The position numbers were made by a program, and so were the translations under genes. Under the pieces are notes generated by a model that was given only the letters and a program-made list of their open reading frames with translations, ran no database searches and had not been told where the DNA came from. A stretch of DNA of 60,565 nucleotides, counting the filler, from Nemertoderma westbladi (taxonomy: Eukaryota; Animalia; Xenacoelomorpha), in NCBI GenBank assembly GCA_032718475.1. It is 2 parts of 2 records of this genome, joined end to end, with 100 filler letters (N's around TTAATTAATTAA, not from the genome) between each part and the next. Parts side by side here need not be neighbours in the genome. Positions count along the whole stretch, not along the records: positions 1 to 31,231 come from JAUCBJ010000447.1; 1 more part is not named here. One strand, 5' to 3'. This document shows positions 1-12,977 of the stretch, one piece after another. Within the stretch, counting starts at the first letter, position 1; each line of letters starts with the position of its first letter.

Positions 1-606
1 GCCTTCAATTGTATCCGTATCTTGCTTCGCAAGAAATCTCCAAATCAAGATTATATAGACCATTTATTAAGACGTCTTAATATTCTTCTTGGGGCCCCTC
101 AGGCACCTATCATGTTCCATTATCATCCATTCAGACCCTTCTTTAGGGAAATCCCTGGTGCACAAATTGGATTTGTGTATATGCTCATCAGCATTCGGTT
201 GCCTAATGTGAATTACACTGGTGAAACTCAGAACCTGAAGGTTAGACTGCAGAGTCATCAAAATAAAACAGGTTCGGAGTTTACAAAGAATCCTGTTTTA
301 CATCCATGGTCTCTGTATGCTTTCGTATACGGGTTTCCTGGTGACGCCAAGAGTAAGCTCAATACAGATAACCGTCAGAGATTTGAGACTAGATGGCATG
401 ACATGGCTGAGACAGGTCCTGCAGGTGGGGATATGACTAAAGGACGAGATCAGGTATATGCTATGGGTATTGAGATTGTGCGTCAATATAATGCCGATGT
501 CTATATTGATGCAGATGGAAATGCAAAGCATTTTGAACTCACCATGGTTCAATGCCAGGAGTTCATTCAAGATGATTCGCAGGCCGAGATCCCAATGTCC
601 CAATAG
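1..606 (+). CDS. C-terminal part of a longer ORF ending in an SLX1-like GIY-YIG endonuclease domain (5'-truncated by window edge; probably mobile-element encoded)
   Basis: Frame is open from base 1 (AFNCIRILLRKK...). GFVYML..YTGETQNLKVRLQSH matches GIY-YIG motifs with the catalytic Arg/His. HPWSLYAFVYGFP and RFETRW resemble the SLX1 PW..V.GFP and FE..W motifs. Confidence 0.75.
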   Translation, partial: AFNCIRILLRKKSPNQDYIDHLLRRLNILLGAPQAPIMFHYHPFRPFFREIPGAQIGFVYMLISIRLPNVNYTGETQNLKVRLQSHQNKTGSEFTKNPVLHPWSLYAFVYGFPGDAKSKLNTDNRQRFETRWHDMAETGPAGGDMTKGRDQVYAMGIEIVRQYNADVYIDADGNAKHFELTMVQCQEFIQDDSQAEIPMSQ

Positions 607-775
607 ATTACTGTGTCTTGTTTCTTCTTCTTCTTTTACTACTATGTCAATGTGCAATGTAACTAAGCTTATGCAGCTATGCCAAACTTGCAACCTTCAA
701 AACTTACCCTACCCATCTTGTTCAGACTTAAAATTAAGAGTTCTGCCTTATAAATGCAAACTTTATCAAGGAAGG

Positions 776-1800
776 TTTTTTACTTTTGACTTTTGTCTTT
801 TGACTTTTATCTTTTGACTTTTGTCTTTTGACTTTTGTCTATTTACTTTCGTCTTTTGACTTTGACTTTTGTTGTTTGACCTTTGTCTTATGGCTTTTGT
901 CATTTGTAATTTGACGTTTGTCTTTGGACTTTTGTGATTTGACTTTTGTCTTTTGATTTTTGTCTTTTGACTTTTGTCTTTTGACATAAGTTATTTTACT
1001 TTTGTCTTTTTATTTTTGTCTTTTTTATGTTTTTCTTTTAAGAATTAAAAAAAATTAAAATTAAGAATTCTGCCTTATAAATGCAGGCTTTATCAAGGTT
1101 ATTATATTTTTATATACTTTTTCTTTTGTATTTTGTCTTTTTACTTTTATCTTTTTCTTTGACTTTTTCGTCTTTTTACTTTTGTCTTTTCACTTTTGTC
1201 TTTTAACTTCCTTATAAATGCAGGCTTTATCAAGTTTATTTATTTTTTATATTCTTTTGTATTTTGTCTTTTTACTTTTATCTTTTTCTTTGACTTTCGT
1301 CTTTTTACTTTTATCTTTTTCTTTGACTTTCGTCTTTTGACTTTGGTCTTTTCACTTTTGTCTTTTCACTTTTGTCTTTTAACTTTAGTCTTTTGACTTT
1401 TGTCTTTTGTTGTTTGACTTTTGTCTTATAACTTTGGTCATTTGTCTTTTGACTTTTGTTTTTTGACTTTTGTGATTTGACTTTTGTCTTTAGATTTTTG
1501 TCTTTTGACTTCAGTCATTTTACTTTTGTCTTTTGTCTTTTTACTTTTGTCTTTTTATTTTTGTCTTTTGACTTCAGTCGTTTTACTTTTGTCTTTTTAC
1601 TTTTGTCTTTTTATTTTTGTCTTTTGACTTGTTATTTTTCTTTTGTCTTTTTACTTTTTACTTTTGTCCTTTTTGTTTTTGATTATTGTATTATATTATT
1701 ATATTATATTATTGTATTTTTACTTTTGTTTTTTTACTTTTTACTTTTTCTTATATATTTTTACATTTTTATTTTTTATTTTTGTTTTTTCTTATGCCTT
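776..1800. repeat. T-rich heptamer low-complexity repeat (TTTTGAC/TTTTGTC)n
   Basis: Directly visible alternating 7-mers that decay toward 1800. Confidence 0.9.
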
Positions 1801-2148
1801 GATAATTAAAATTGTATTTTTCAATTCTCCAATGGTGGGTCGCTTGAGGAGAGTTGTTGTTCTATGTTTATTGTTTATGCCTGCATAATTAAGGCAGGAA
1901 AGAATTAAAATCTCATAAGATCTCATAATATAATAGAATCCTTACAAAGTTTGCATTTATAACGCTTGTAATCGAGGCTGATTGTAACCCACCTAATAGA
2001 GTTTAGTTAGTAGGCAGTCTTTTTCAAGGTTATAATATTTTTTCAATTCCCTTTCAGGTAGGAATCTTCCCGCCTGGGGGAATTGTTTTATAATATTGTG
2101 CCTTGGCTTAGACTGCAACACTCTATTGCGACTGATAACTACCGTAAT

Positions 2149-2370
2149 AAGGCTGGATAGCCCTCCGTAATATCCCGCCTATCGAGACTGGAAATCCCGC
2201 CCTATTAAGGCTGGATAACCCTCCGTAATATCCCGCCTATCAAGACTGGAAATCCCGCCCTATCAAGGCTGGATATCCCTCCGTAATATCCCGCCTATCG
2301 AGACTGGAAATCCCGCCCTATTAAGGCTGGATAACCCTCCGTAATATCCCGCCTATCAAGACTGGAAATC
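2149..2370. repeat. 58-bp tandem repeat, ~3.8 copies
   Basis: The unit AAGGCTGGATANCCCTCCGTAATATCCCGCCTATCRAGACTGGAAATCCCGCCCTATY starts at 2149, 2207, 2265 and 2323. Confidence 0.9.
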
Positions 2371-2679
2371 GGTGTTTCTGTCAATATATCTGCACTATCA
2401 TATCTCTTACCATGCTAACTCTCTCTCTCTAATCCAGGGTGGTCAGGAACCAAACTCGTCTTTTTAAGGCGGGTTGGCTGGAATTTGGTCAATTCCAGCC
2501 AAACCATGTTTCTCCTTGATGACACAGTGTCCTTGCCGTATTATCAATTTTGTGTTTTAAAGACATTCTATTATCTTTTTAACATAATTGTAAATATGGT
2601 TAACCGAATATTGACAAATATTTTTGTCAATACCCATGGCGTTCATATTTTTACCTAACTGACTTTTGGTTGATATCCT

Positions 2680-2930
2680 TTTTACTTTTGTCTTTTGACT
2701 TTTGTCTTTTGACTTTTTTCTTTTGACTTTTGTTATTTCACTTTTGCCTTTTGACTTTTGTCTTTTGACTTTAGTCTTTTGACTTTTGTCTTTTGTTGTT
2801 TGACTTTTGTCTTATGACTTTTGTCATTTGTCTTTTGACTTTTGTCTTTTGACTTTTGTCCATTGACATTTGTGATTTGACTTTTGTCTTTTGATTTTTG
2901 TCTTTTGACTTTTGTCTTTTGACTTTTGTT
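2680..2930. repeat. Second block of (TTTTGAC/TTTTGTC)n
   Basis: Same heptamers and same variant interruptions as 776-1000. Confidence 0.9.
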
Positions 2931-3678
2931 GAATATATTTACACCATAATTTGTTGGTATGGGTAATTTAATGGACACATGGCCTACTTGGAAAGGACAC
3001 TGAGGAGAATACAATAAGTAGGAAATGCACTATGCTTTGTGATACTTACTATTTTACTATCATATCTTCAATCTCTGATAGAACTTGGTAGTAGAAATGT
3101 AAATTAATATTGCAAGACATAAGAGTCCAAAGTCTCTGTAAAGCATGATGGCTACTTCTTCTTCATAATCATATATCATTATTATGATTATTATAATGAT
3201 ATATAGATATATGTTGTTTTGAAGTTATCGAAGATGGTAAGTTACTAAAGTAATGTAGTAATGGTAAGTTTGTTATATAATTATAGTTATAGTTATATAG
3301 TTATATAATAGTATAATAATATAGTTATAGTTATATAATTATATAATTATATATAATGATTAATTATGATTATTTCATTATTGTTAGAAGAGAAACTTTT
3401 CATTAACTTTTTGATTAATTCATCTCTATTATATCTTTTATTTAATTTTTATTTATAGACATTTCTTCATAATTAGTCAATTTATAGTTTCAAAAATATG
3501 GATTATTTAGATGATTCTGGAAATAGTTGTCATCTATCAACTCTTTGTTTACATATTGGTATTTTGGAGAATGCAATTTCTAGGCAAGTTGTTAATGGGG
3601 GTTGTTATAAAGTAATGTGGAAGAGTGGAAGGGTTTACTTTGGAAGATTAATGAGCCTACAAAATTCTCCCATTCTTA

Positions 3679-3826
3679 TAAAGTAATGAGGGTGGTGGGC
3701 GGGGTTGGAGGACTATAAATATTATAAAGTAATGAGGGTGGTGGGCGGGGTTGGAGGACAACAAATATTATAATTTAATGAGGGTGGTGGGTGGGGTTGG
3801 AGGACAATAAATATTGTAAAGTAATG
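3679..3826. repeat. 46-bp G-rich tandem repeat, ~3.2 copies
   Basis: TAAAGTAATGAGGGTGGTGGGCGGGGTTGGAGGAC... at 3679, 3725 and 3771. Confidence 0.85.
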
Positions 3827-4252
3827 GAAAGGCATTCCAGATGTTTTATAATTATCATCTTACTCATTATCATTTACTTCATTACCATTCTATATTATAT
3901 ACCTATACTCTAAATCTCTAAAATCACTGTAAATCTAAGATTAGAAACATTTGCTTTACTTCTTGTTTACTTGCAAGGTTATATTAATATATAATGCCTT
4001 AGTATAATATCAAATGGGGTGAAACCCGGCTTAACTGGAAAATGTTTCATTATTATTACAATTGGCACATTGAAGTAAGTAGTATTAATAAAGGATAAGT
4101 TAATTATTAATCCATATCTTCAACTTTGTCTGTATGGTTGCATTAATAATAATGTTACTTTATCAATTGGGTCTAAAACCAACTTCTTTACCAAATAATT
4201 ATGATAACTTTTAAGAGGACGGGGTTCGTGATTACTTGTTATTATCATAAAT

Positions 4253-4410
4253 TGCCCCCACTCGGCTTTAGAGAGTGCACCCTCGGTTGCTTACCGGATG
4301 TATGGACCACACACTGACAGGGAGGGTAATGTACGTAGGAGTACTCAAACCAACCCGGCCGTGCTAACACAGCCAATCCAACACACCTACCTGAACTGGT
4401 TTCAGGATTT
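4253..4410 (+). other. Structured array motif, copy 1
   Basis: TGCCCCCACTCGGCTTTAGAGAGTG..CTCGGTTGCTTACCGGATGTATGG followed by a GG(A)CC..GGCC-closed stem. Confidence 0.85.
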
Positions 4411-4741
4411 TTGAGGAGAGAGTAGAAGGTTATCTCGAGAAATAAGCATAAACAAACCACCAATGAAATATTCATCGACCCCCCCCCCCCCCCCCCCTCC
4501 CCACCCAAATTAAATTCCAAGTATTTAAGTGAAACTTGCTGACTCGTGAACCTTAACCGTTCTAGCTTTCATGTATATAATGTTACTTTATAAATTGGGG
4601 CCAAACCCACATACCCACACAAATATAAGCACCAATTCGCACCATAAATTGTACTCACCTACCTTATAATAAATTTTATTTTCTTTTATTTTATTTGATA
4701 GAGGGTTATGATATTTTTTTTGTTTTGGGGTTGGGAATTAA

Positions 4742-4885
4742 GTGCCCCCACTCGGCTATAGAGAGTACCTCTTGGTGGTTTCACTGGATGTATGGGCCGT
4801 TCCGTTTACGTGATGTCCGTAGGACTACAAACATCACTCCGGCCCAAAGCCCGACGACGGCCATCTCGCTGAACTGGCTTCGGAA
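4742..4885 (+). other. Structured array motif, copy 2
   Basis: GTGCCCCCACTCGGCTATAGAGAGT..CACTGGATGTATGGGCCG..GTGAT-GTCCGTAGGAC..ATCAC..CGGCCC. Confidence 0.85.
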
Positions 4886-5199
4886 TATTTGGCAGGGTCC
4901 CAAAAAACGGCTGAGAAGGTTATCTCGAGAACTAGGCCAAAACCACCAATAAAATGTTCCTAGACCCCCCCCCCCAAATTTAATTCTAAGACTTTTAGTG
5001 AAACTCGGCGACTCGTGAATCTCGACGGTTCTCCGGCTAGGGCCAATTTGAGGCGAAAAAACGCGTCCCCTAGCAACCGCCGTTGCTATGCACGAATCTC
5101 AGGAACCGCTAACGCTACGGACTCGGGACCGGCGCCATTTTGTAGGCAGCCTATGGTTTGTATGAGTACATCTTTTTTTGAGCGTGCCCAATCAAGATC

Positions 5200-8070
5200 T
5201 AGGCGGCGATCAGCAAAGATCGTGTTTGATCAATAATCGGACACTCAAGAATTGCTCCTATCGAAAAACTTTCAAACTCAAAAAGATTCAGCGACCCCAC
5301 ATTAGTTATGATTCCCGTTAAAAAAATTTAAAAAAAGTGAAGTCTTCCCGATCAAAACGCAAGATCCGGATCGCGCAAAGATCGGACATCGTAAAATCGT
5401 AACTAAGCATTTTGGATATAAACAATTACTGTAGGAAACGTTCAGAACACCGCCCTGAGTCGATTAAAAAAAAAATTGGCTCGATCGGACAACCGGATCT
5501 CGAGATATGCTTCCTGATCGTAAAAGATCGTGTTTTTCGGTTTTTTTGGCTACATTTTGTCATTTTCAATCAGAATCCAGTTTTTTTTTTTTAATCGACT
5601 GCTATGGCATAGGAGCAACTTTTGTATATTAGGAAATTTTGAAAAATAAATTTGATCATGCCGTGATCAGAAAAGATCGTGTTTTCGGTTTTATTTCGAA
5701 GACCAAGTCCTGGGAGTTCACCGTATGGAAAAACTTAACATCACAAAAAGATTCCTCACCCTCGAATTATGGGGGGTAGCCAAAATTTGGGCATAAAAAA
5801 GTTCAAGACTAGTGGGTCAAAACTCAAGATCATGATCTGCAAAGATCGGACTTTAATAAAATCGTAACTAAGCACTTTCGGATTAAACAATTACTGTAAG
5901 AAACCTTCGGGGCACCGCCCTGAGTCGATTAAAAAAAAAATTGGCTCGATCGGACAACTGGTTCTCGAGATCTGATACCTGATCATAAAAGATCGTGTTT
6001 TTTTAGTTTTTTAGATTTTTCTCGAAAACTTTGTTTGAGACCCCCGATTTTTTTTTTGCGAATCGACTTCTACGGTGATGGGGCACCTTTTGTGCATTTC
6101 GAAATTTTCAAAAAGCGATTTGATCAGGCCGTGATCAGAAAAGATCGTGTTTTCGGTTTTATTTCAAAGAGCAAGTCCTGTGAGTTCACCGTATGGAAAA
6201 ACTTAACATCGCAAAAAGATTCCTCACCCTCGAAATAGGGGGGGTAGCCAAAATTTGGGCATAAAAAAGTTCAAGTCTAGTGGGTCAAAACTCAAGATCA
6301 TGATCGCGAACAGATCAGTACTTTTAAAATCTAATCTAATCTTTTTTCTAATGAACATTCATTGTAAGAAATGTTTACTGGTCCATTCTGAGTTGATCAA
6401 AAAAAAAATTGGCTCGATCGGACATCCGGATCTCGAGATATGCTACCTGATCGTAAAAGATCGTGTTTTTCGGTTTTTTCCAATTTTCTCGAAAACTTTG
6501 TTTGAGACCCCCGATTTTTTTTTTACTAATCGACTTCTATTAGGAAGGGGCAACTTTTGAGTATTTCGAAATTTCCTAAAAGTGATTTGATCAGGCAGCG
6601 ATCAGGAAAGATCGTGTTTTCGGTTTTATTTCAAAGAGCAAGTCCTGTGAGTTCACCGAATGGAAAAACTTAACATCACAAAAAGATTCCTGACCCTCGA
6701 ATTAGGGGGGGTAGCCAAAATTTGGGCATAAAAAAGTTCAATTCTAGAGGGTCAAAAGATCATGATCGGAAAAGATCAGTTTTTAAGAAATCTGATGTAT
6801 GCATTTTCAGACAAAAATTTATAAATAAGAAACATTCACTGGACCGTTCTGAGTAAGTTAAAACAAAATTCAACTCAATAGGCCTACCGGTACCGGAGAT
6901 ATGGTCGTCCAAAGTCAGCTTCCGGTAATTCGATAATATTTCGAGAACCGTTGATCGAATTTTTTTTTTGAAAAAATGTGATTGTACAGTTAGGGGACCC
7001 GCATCCAACGATATATAACAACCCATATTTCGGATGACAGGTACCGGTAAAATCAGACTTTACCAAAAAAAATTCACATTTTTTCTACTCATGTCTGACT
7101 ATCTCTAAAACTATAATAGGTATGAAAATACTTTCACTGTAAGAAATGTTTGCCTATCCAATGCGCTTCTAACGATGTATTCAGATTTTTACCACGGTCA
7201 ATAGTTTTCGAGATATAAACAACTTAAGCCCTGATCACCATGATCGCAAAAGATCAGTTTTTTAGAATTTTGATGTAAGCCTTTTCAGACAAAATTTTCA
7301 AACTAAGAAACATTCACTGGACCGTTCTCAGTAAGTTAAAACAAAATTCAACTCAATAGGCCTACCGGTACCAGAGATATGGTTGTCCAAAGTCTGATTC
7401 TCGTAATTTCATGATAACACGAGAACCAATTAATAAATTTTTTTTTTTGAAAACATGTGAATGTACAGTTTGGTGGCCCGCATCCAACGATATATCACAA
7501 TCCATATTTCGGATGACAGGTACCGGTAAATTCAGACTTTACCAGAAAAAATTCAAATTTTTTGCTATTCATGCCTGACTATCTTGAAAACTATAATAGG
7601 TATGAAAATACTTTCACCGCAAGAAATGTTCGCCTATCCAATGTGCTTCTAACGCTGTGCTCAGATTTTGCATAGTATCAAAACCGATTACTTAACCCCC
7701 CCCGCGGAGGGAACGGAGTGACCGGAGCGCCAAGGGTGGTGGGCGGGGTAGGTGGCAAACACTATTTATAGGGTGGAGGGAGGGGCTAGTATATTACTTT
7801 TGGGTATTTGATTTCTTTTCAATATAGTTTAGGTACCTCAGTCTTATTTATAATATATTATACATTATACCAAATTATATGAAGTTCTAATAAACTAGAT
7901 TCTCCACCTGTAGATAAATATACAATGTTGGGCTCATAATATATTTGAAAAATGGATTTTAGTATTTATATTGTATAACAGATTGCTAATTGATATTATT
8001 ATGGTACTATACTAAAGACGCTTTGATTATCTGATCAAAAGGCAAGTACTGGCATATTTTTTAATTCTCT
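5200..8070. repeat. GATC-rich module built of ~470-480 bp internal tandem units; paralogous to 13410-15360
   Basis: GATCGTGTTTTCGGTTTTATTTC recurs at ~5674, ~6143 and ~6610. A second unit type starts at ~6761 and ~7239. Confidence 0.85.
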
Positions 8071-8458
8071 AATCATTCACTAAACTCTAAATCTCTAAAA
8101 TCACTCTAAATCTAAGATAAGAAACATTTGCTTTACTTCTTGTTTGCCTGCGAGGTTATATTAATATATAATGCCGTAGTATAATATCAAATGGGGTGAA
8201 ACCCGTATTAACTGGAAAATGTTTCATTATTATTACAATTGGCACATTGAAGTAAGTATTATTAATAAAGGATAAGTTAATAAAGGATAAGTTAATAAAG
8301 GATAAATTAATTATTAATCCATATCTTCAACTTTGTCTATATGGTTGCATTAATAATAATGTTACTTTATCAATTGGGTCTAAAACAATCTTCTTTACTC
8401 CAAAATTATGATAACTTATAAGAGGACGGGGTTCGTGATTACTTGTTATTATTATAAA

Positions 8459-8610
8459 GTGCCCCCCACTCGGCTTTAGAGAGTGCACCCTCGGTTGCTT
8501 ACCGGACATATGGGCCACACATCGACAGGGTATTGTCCGTAGTACTACTTAACCAACCCGGCCATGCGAACGCAGTCATTGCAATGCACCTACATGAACT
8601 GGTTTCAGAA
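8459..8610 (+). other. Structured array motif, copy 3
   Basis: Same core. Flanks 8085-8625 are paralogous to 3905-4430. Confidence 0.85.
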
Positions 8611-8950
8611 TTGTTAAGATTTTTGAGAGAGTAGAGCACAACATGCACTTTAAAGTAAAGAGTAATAAAAAATAATTAAATCTACCCATTAGAATATATA
8701 TATATAACAATTACACATAACATATCACTAAATATGAATCCTTCTATCATTGTCGTAACTTCTTGTACTTTGTTTACGCAGTTGCATTACTAATATGTTA
8801 CTATATCGATCGGGGCCAAACCCGCATGACGCGACACAAGCCGAACCCAAATCGTGCCATAAATTCTACTCGCCAGCTCCCACCCACCACTATTATTTGA
8901 TTGATAGAGGGGGGTTATGATATTTTGTTTGTTTCGGGGTTGGGAATAAA

Positions 8951-9070
8951 GTGCCCCCACTCGGCTATAGAGAGTGTCTCTCGGTACGCTTACTGGATGT
9001 GTGGGCCCAAAACCGAAGGTACCTGTACGTAGTACCACAATATCCTTAGCGGCCACGACAACGAAAGCGT
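8951..9070 (+). other. Structured array motif, copy 4
   Basis: Same core; inner hairpin GTAC-GTA-GTAC at 9025-9035. Confidence 0.85.
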
Positions 9071-10911
9071 AAGCGAAGGGGCCAACATTTAATTTTCGTA
9101 GATCTTTCGGGATTGGCAAATTTTTGGGGGTGGGAGCTATCTCGGAAAGTAAGCGAGAACCACCAACAAGATGTTCCTAGACCCCCCCCTACTATCGGCC
9201 AAGGACCCCACTACTTTTTTTTTGGACCGATCCGGGCGACGGGTAACCCGCTGGGTCAGTTTTGACCCATTTTTCCAGTTTTTTTCTTTAAAATCGTTGC
9301 TAGCCAAAACCGCGATAGCTACGACTTCGGGACCAACTCCATTGGAAAGAGCGAGGTCCAAACCCCCGGAAAGACTTTTTCTGCGGTGTTTCGTCGGTAA
9401 CTTTGGCCGTAGTCGCGATCATGATCTTGAAACTGATCTTTTTCATAAAATCTTTTCCGAGGACTTTGGGACTAATTTTTCTCGATAGAGATCTTTACTG
9501 GAATGTTTCCGAGCGATTAAAAGAAATCCCAACCCGCCAGGCCTACCGGTTCCGGAGATATGATCTTTCAAAGTCTGACCGTCTGATCGCGGGTTATTTT
9601 TTCTTTAAACGAGTTTTTAGCCAAAACGGCGATAGCTACTATCGTGGGACCAACGCCATTGGCGAGAGCAGCATCGAAAACCCCAGCAAGACTTTTTTTG
9701 GGGTGTCTCGATTGTAACTTTGGACTTTATGATCTTTACGATCTTTAAAATGATCTTTTGAATAAAATTTTTTCAAAGTGTTTTTCGATATAATTTTCTT
9801 AATAGAAAACCTTTACTAGAGTGTTTGCAGTCGATTAAAAGAAATTTCAACTCGATAGGCCTAACGGTACCGGAGATATGATCTTCCAAATTCTGACGTA
9901 TGATCTTCGACGATCCATCGAGAACGGCTTATCGACAATTTTTTTTTAAATGATATGAATGTTTAGATTGGTCGTCCGCATCCAACCATGTATCGCTATC
10001 CACGCTGCGGATTACAGCTACCGGTAAAATCAGGCTTTACTAAAAAATTTACCTGATCTTTGGAGATCGCGCTTGATTTCGTCGCGAACCGTAACAGATA
10101 TTAAAAAACGTTTGGGAGCAACAATGAGCGCCTCTTCAATACGCTTCTAACGGTGTATCCAGATTTTTTATAGTGTCGATATTTTTTGAGATACAGCCTT
10201 TCGAATGTAGGCATGTGTAAACACATATTGGTAGTGGTGTTACCTACAAAAAAGAATTGACTTTAAATTGGCTTAAACCCTTCTTTAGACTCGGATTGAG
10301 GTTAGGTCTAAAACAAAGTCCCCTGGCGGAGGGAGCGAAGCGACCGACGCCGCCAACACTAAAGCCCCCTGCACCCTCCTCCCCCCTTGGGGGGGGAGGA
10401 GGTGGGGGGGCTTATATATGGTTTGGTAGGTTGGTTAACGAGTTTAATGCAGAGTGAGCAGAGTGAATGACGCCTCCAACACTAGCACTGAAGAACAACA
10501 CCATCCCCTCTACAAATCGAAGCTTACGACAATTGTTTCCCAATAGAGTCAGTTAATAATATTCCATCAATTGTAAAATACATCTTTGATAATAAATAAA
10601 TTCTTGCAGGGGTGCTAATTGTAAACCCATGCGATTATTACCTAACCATGCGATGGACTCCACCTCACCATGCGATGGACTCCACCTCACCATGCAATGG
10701 ATTGCGAGTGTCCTGGCTTAGGAAAATTTGGTAGGACCTGGTACACCTACCTCAAACGTGTGGCATAATCCCCGGTCCAGGTGTCGTACAAGTACCTCCT
10801 ACATCCGTTACGTACACGCGCTCGACTCGGCTGCCCGTTACTTACACGAGCTCGACTCGGCTGCGGGGGGCAGCGGTGTGACTACCCTCCTTCCTACGTC
10901 TGTGATTAAAA

Positions 10912-11035
10912 GTGCCCCCACTCGGCTACAGAGAGTGCCATGATCCCGGTTTCACTCTGGATGTGTGGGCCCCAAACCGAAGGTACCTGTACGTAGTACC
11001 ACAATATCCTTAGCGGCCACGACAACGAAAGCGTA
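10912..11035 (+). other. Structured array motif, copy 5
   Basis: GTGCCCCCACTCGGCTACAGAGAGTG..CTGGATGTGTGGGCCC. Confidence 0.85.
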
Positions 11036-12977
11036 AGCGAAGGGGCCAACATTTAATTTTCGTAGATCTCTTAGGGATTGGCAAATTTTTGGGGGTGGGA
11101 GCTATCTCGGAAAGTAAGCGAGAACCACCAACAAGATGTTCCTAGACCCCCCCCTACTATCGGCCAAGGACCCCACTACTTTTTTTTTGGACCGATCCGG
11201 GCGACGGGTAACCCGCTGGGTCAGTTTTGACCCATTTTTCCAGTTTTTTTCTTTAAAATCGTTTCCAGCCAAAACCGCGATAGCTACGACTTCGGGACCA
11301 ACTCCATTGGAAAGAGCGAGGTCCAAACCCCCCAAAAGAGTTTTTCTGCGGTGTTTCGTCGGTAACTTTGGCCGTGGTCGCGATCATGATCTTGAACCTG
11401 ATCTTTTCCATAAAATCTTTTCCGAGGACTTTGGGACTAAATTTTCTCGATAGAAATCTTTACTGGAATGTTTCCGAGCGATTAAAAGAAATCCCAACTC
11501 GCTAGGCCTACCAGTTCCGGAGATATGATCTTCCAAAGTCTGACCGTCTGATCGCGGGTTATTTTTTATTTAAACGAGTTTTTAGCCAAAACGGCGATAG
11601 CTACGACCGTGGGACCAACGCCATTGGCGAGAGCAGCATCGAAAACCCCAGCAAGACTTTTTTTGGGGTGTCTCGATCGTAACTTTGGACTTTATGATCT
11701 TTACGATCTTTAAAATGATCTTTTGAATAAAATTTTTTCCAAGTGTTTTTCGATATAATTTTCTTAATAGAAAATCTTTACTAGAGTGTTTGCAGTCGAT
11801 TAAAAGAAATTTCAACTCGATAGGCCTACCGGTACCGGAGATATGATCTTCCAAAGTCTGACGTATGATCTTCGACGATCCATCGAGAACGTCTTATCGA
11901 CAATTTTTTTTAAAATGATATGAATGTTTAGATTGGTCGTCCGCATCCAACCATGTATCGCGATCCACGCTGCGGATTACAGCTACCGGTAAAATCAGGC
12001 TTTACTAAAAAATTTACCTGATCTTTGGAGATCGCGCTTGATTTCGTCGAGAACCGTAACAGATATTAAAAAACGTTTGGGAGCAACAATGAGCGCCTCT
12101 TCAATACGCTTCTAATGGTGTATCCAGATTTTTTATAGTGTCGATATTTTTTGAGATACAGCCTTTCGAATGTAGGCATGTGTAAACACATATTGCTAGT
12201 TACCTACAAAGAAGAATTGACTTTGGCATAAACCCTCCTTTGGTCTAGGATTGAGGCTAGGTCTAAAATAAAGTCCCCTGGCGGAGGGAGCGAAGCGACC
12301 GACGCCGCCAACACGGATATCATTTTTTCAACTAATCCGAGAGTTAATAACTGTCTGAAAGTAAGTGAGAACAAACAATAAGATGGCCACACCCTTCCCC
12401 CACCTTCACCCCCACCCCAACCGTATATCATATGTGGGGAGGGGTGGGGGGGGGGGGGGGTGGGGGGGGGGGGACCCCCCCCCCCCCCACCCCTTGCTAC
12501 GAGTGTTGATAACTGGAGGGAAAGGGGGGGGGGGGTGGGGGGGGACCCCCCCCCCCCCCACACACTCTACAAATCGAGGCCTACGACAATTGTTTCCCAA
12601 TACAGTCAGTTAATAATATTTCATCAATTGTAAAATACATCTTTGATAATAAATAAATTCTTGCAAGGGTGCTAATTGTAAAATATATCTTTGATTTTTG
12701 AAAGGGTGCCACATTTTGCCCATGCGATTATTACCTAACCATGCGATGGACTCTACCTCACCATGCGATGGATTGTGAGTGCCCTGGCTTAGGACAATGA
12801 CAAACGTGTGGCATAATCCCCGGTTCAGGTGTTGTACAACTACCTCCTACATCCGTTACTTACATGCACTCGACTCGGACGTCCGGTCCAGGTGTCGTAA
12901 AACTACCTCCTACATCCGTTACTTACAGGAGCTCGGCTGCGGTGTGACTACCCTCCCTCCTACGTCTGTGATTAAAA

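Larger units (their letters stand above)
8951..12977. repeat. ~2-kb head-to-tail duplication (units 8951-10911 and 10912-12977)
   Basis: Near-identical over most of their length (for example, the spurious ORFs 9171 and 11136 are nearly the same). Unit boundaries coincide with the array motif. Confidence 0.92.

Noticed and set aside
1-606. Host SLX1 gene
   Set aside because: The domain is C-terminal, lacks the RING and sits in a repeat context.
766-3014. F/L-rich and K/Q-rich ORFs
   Set aside because: They are translations of the TTTTG(A/T)C repeat.
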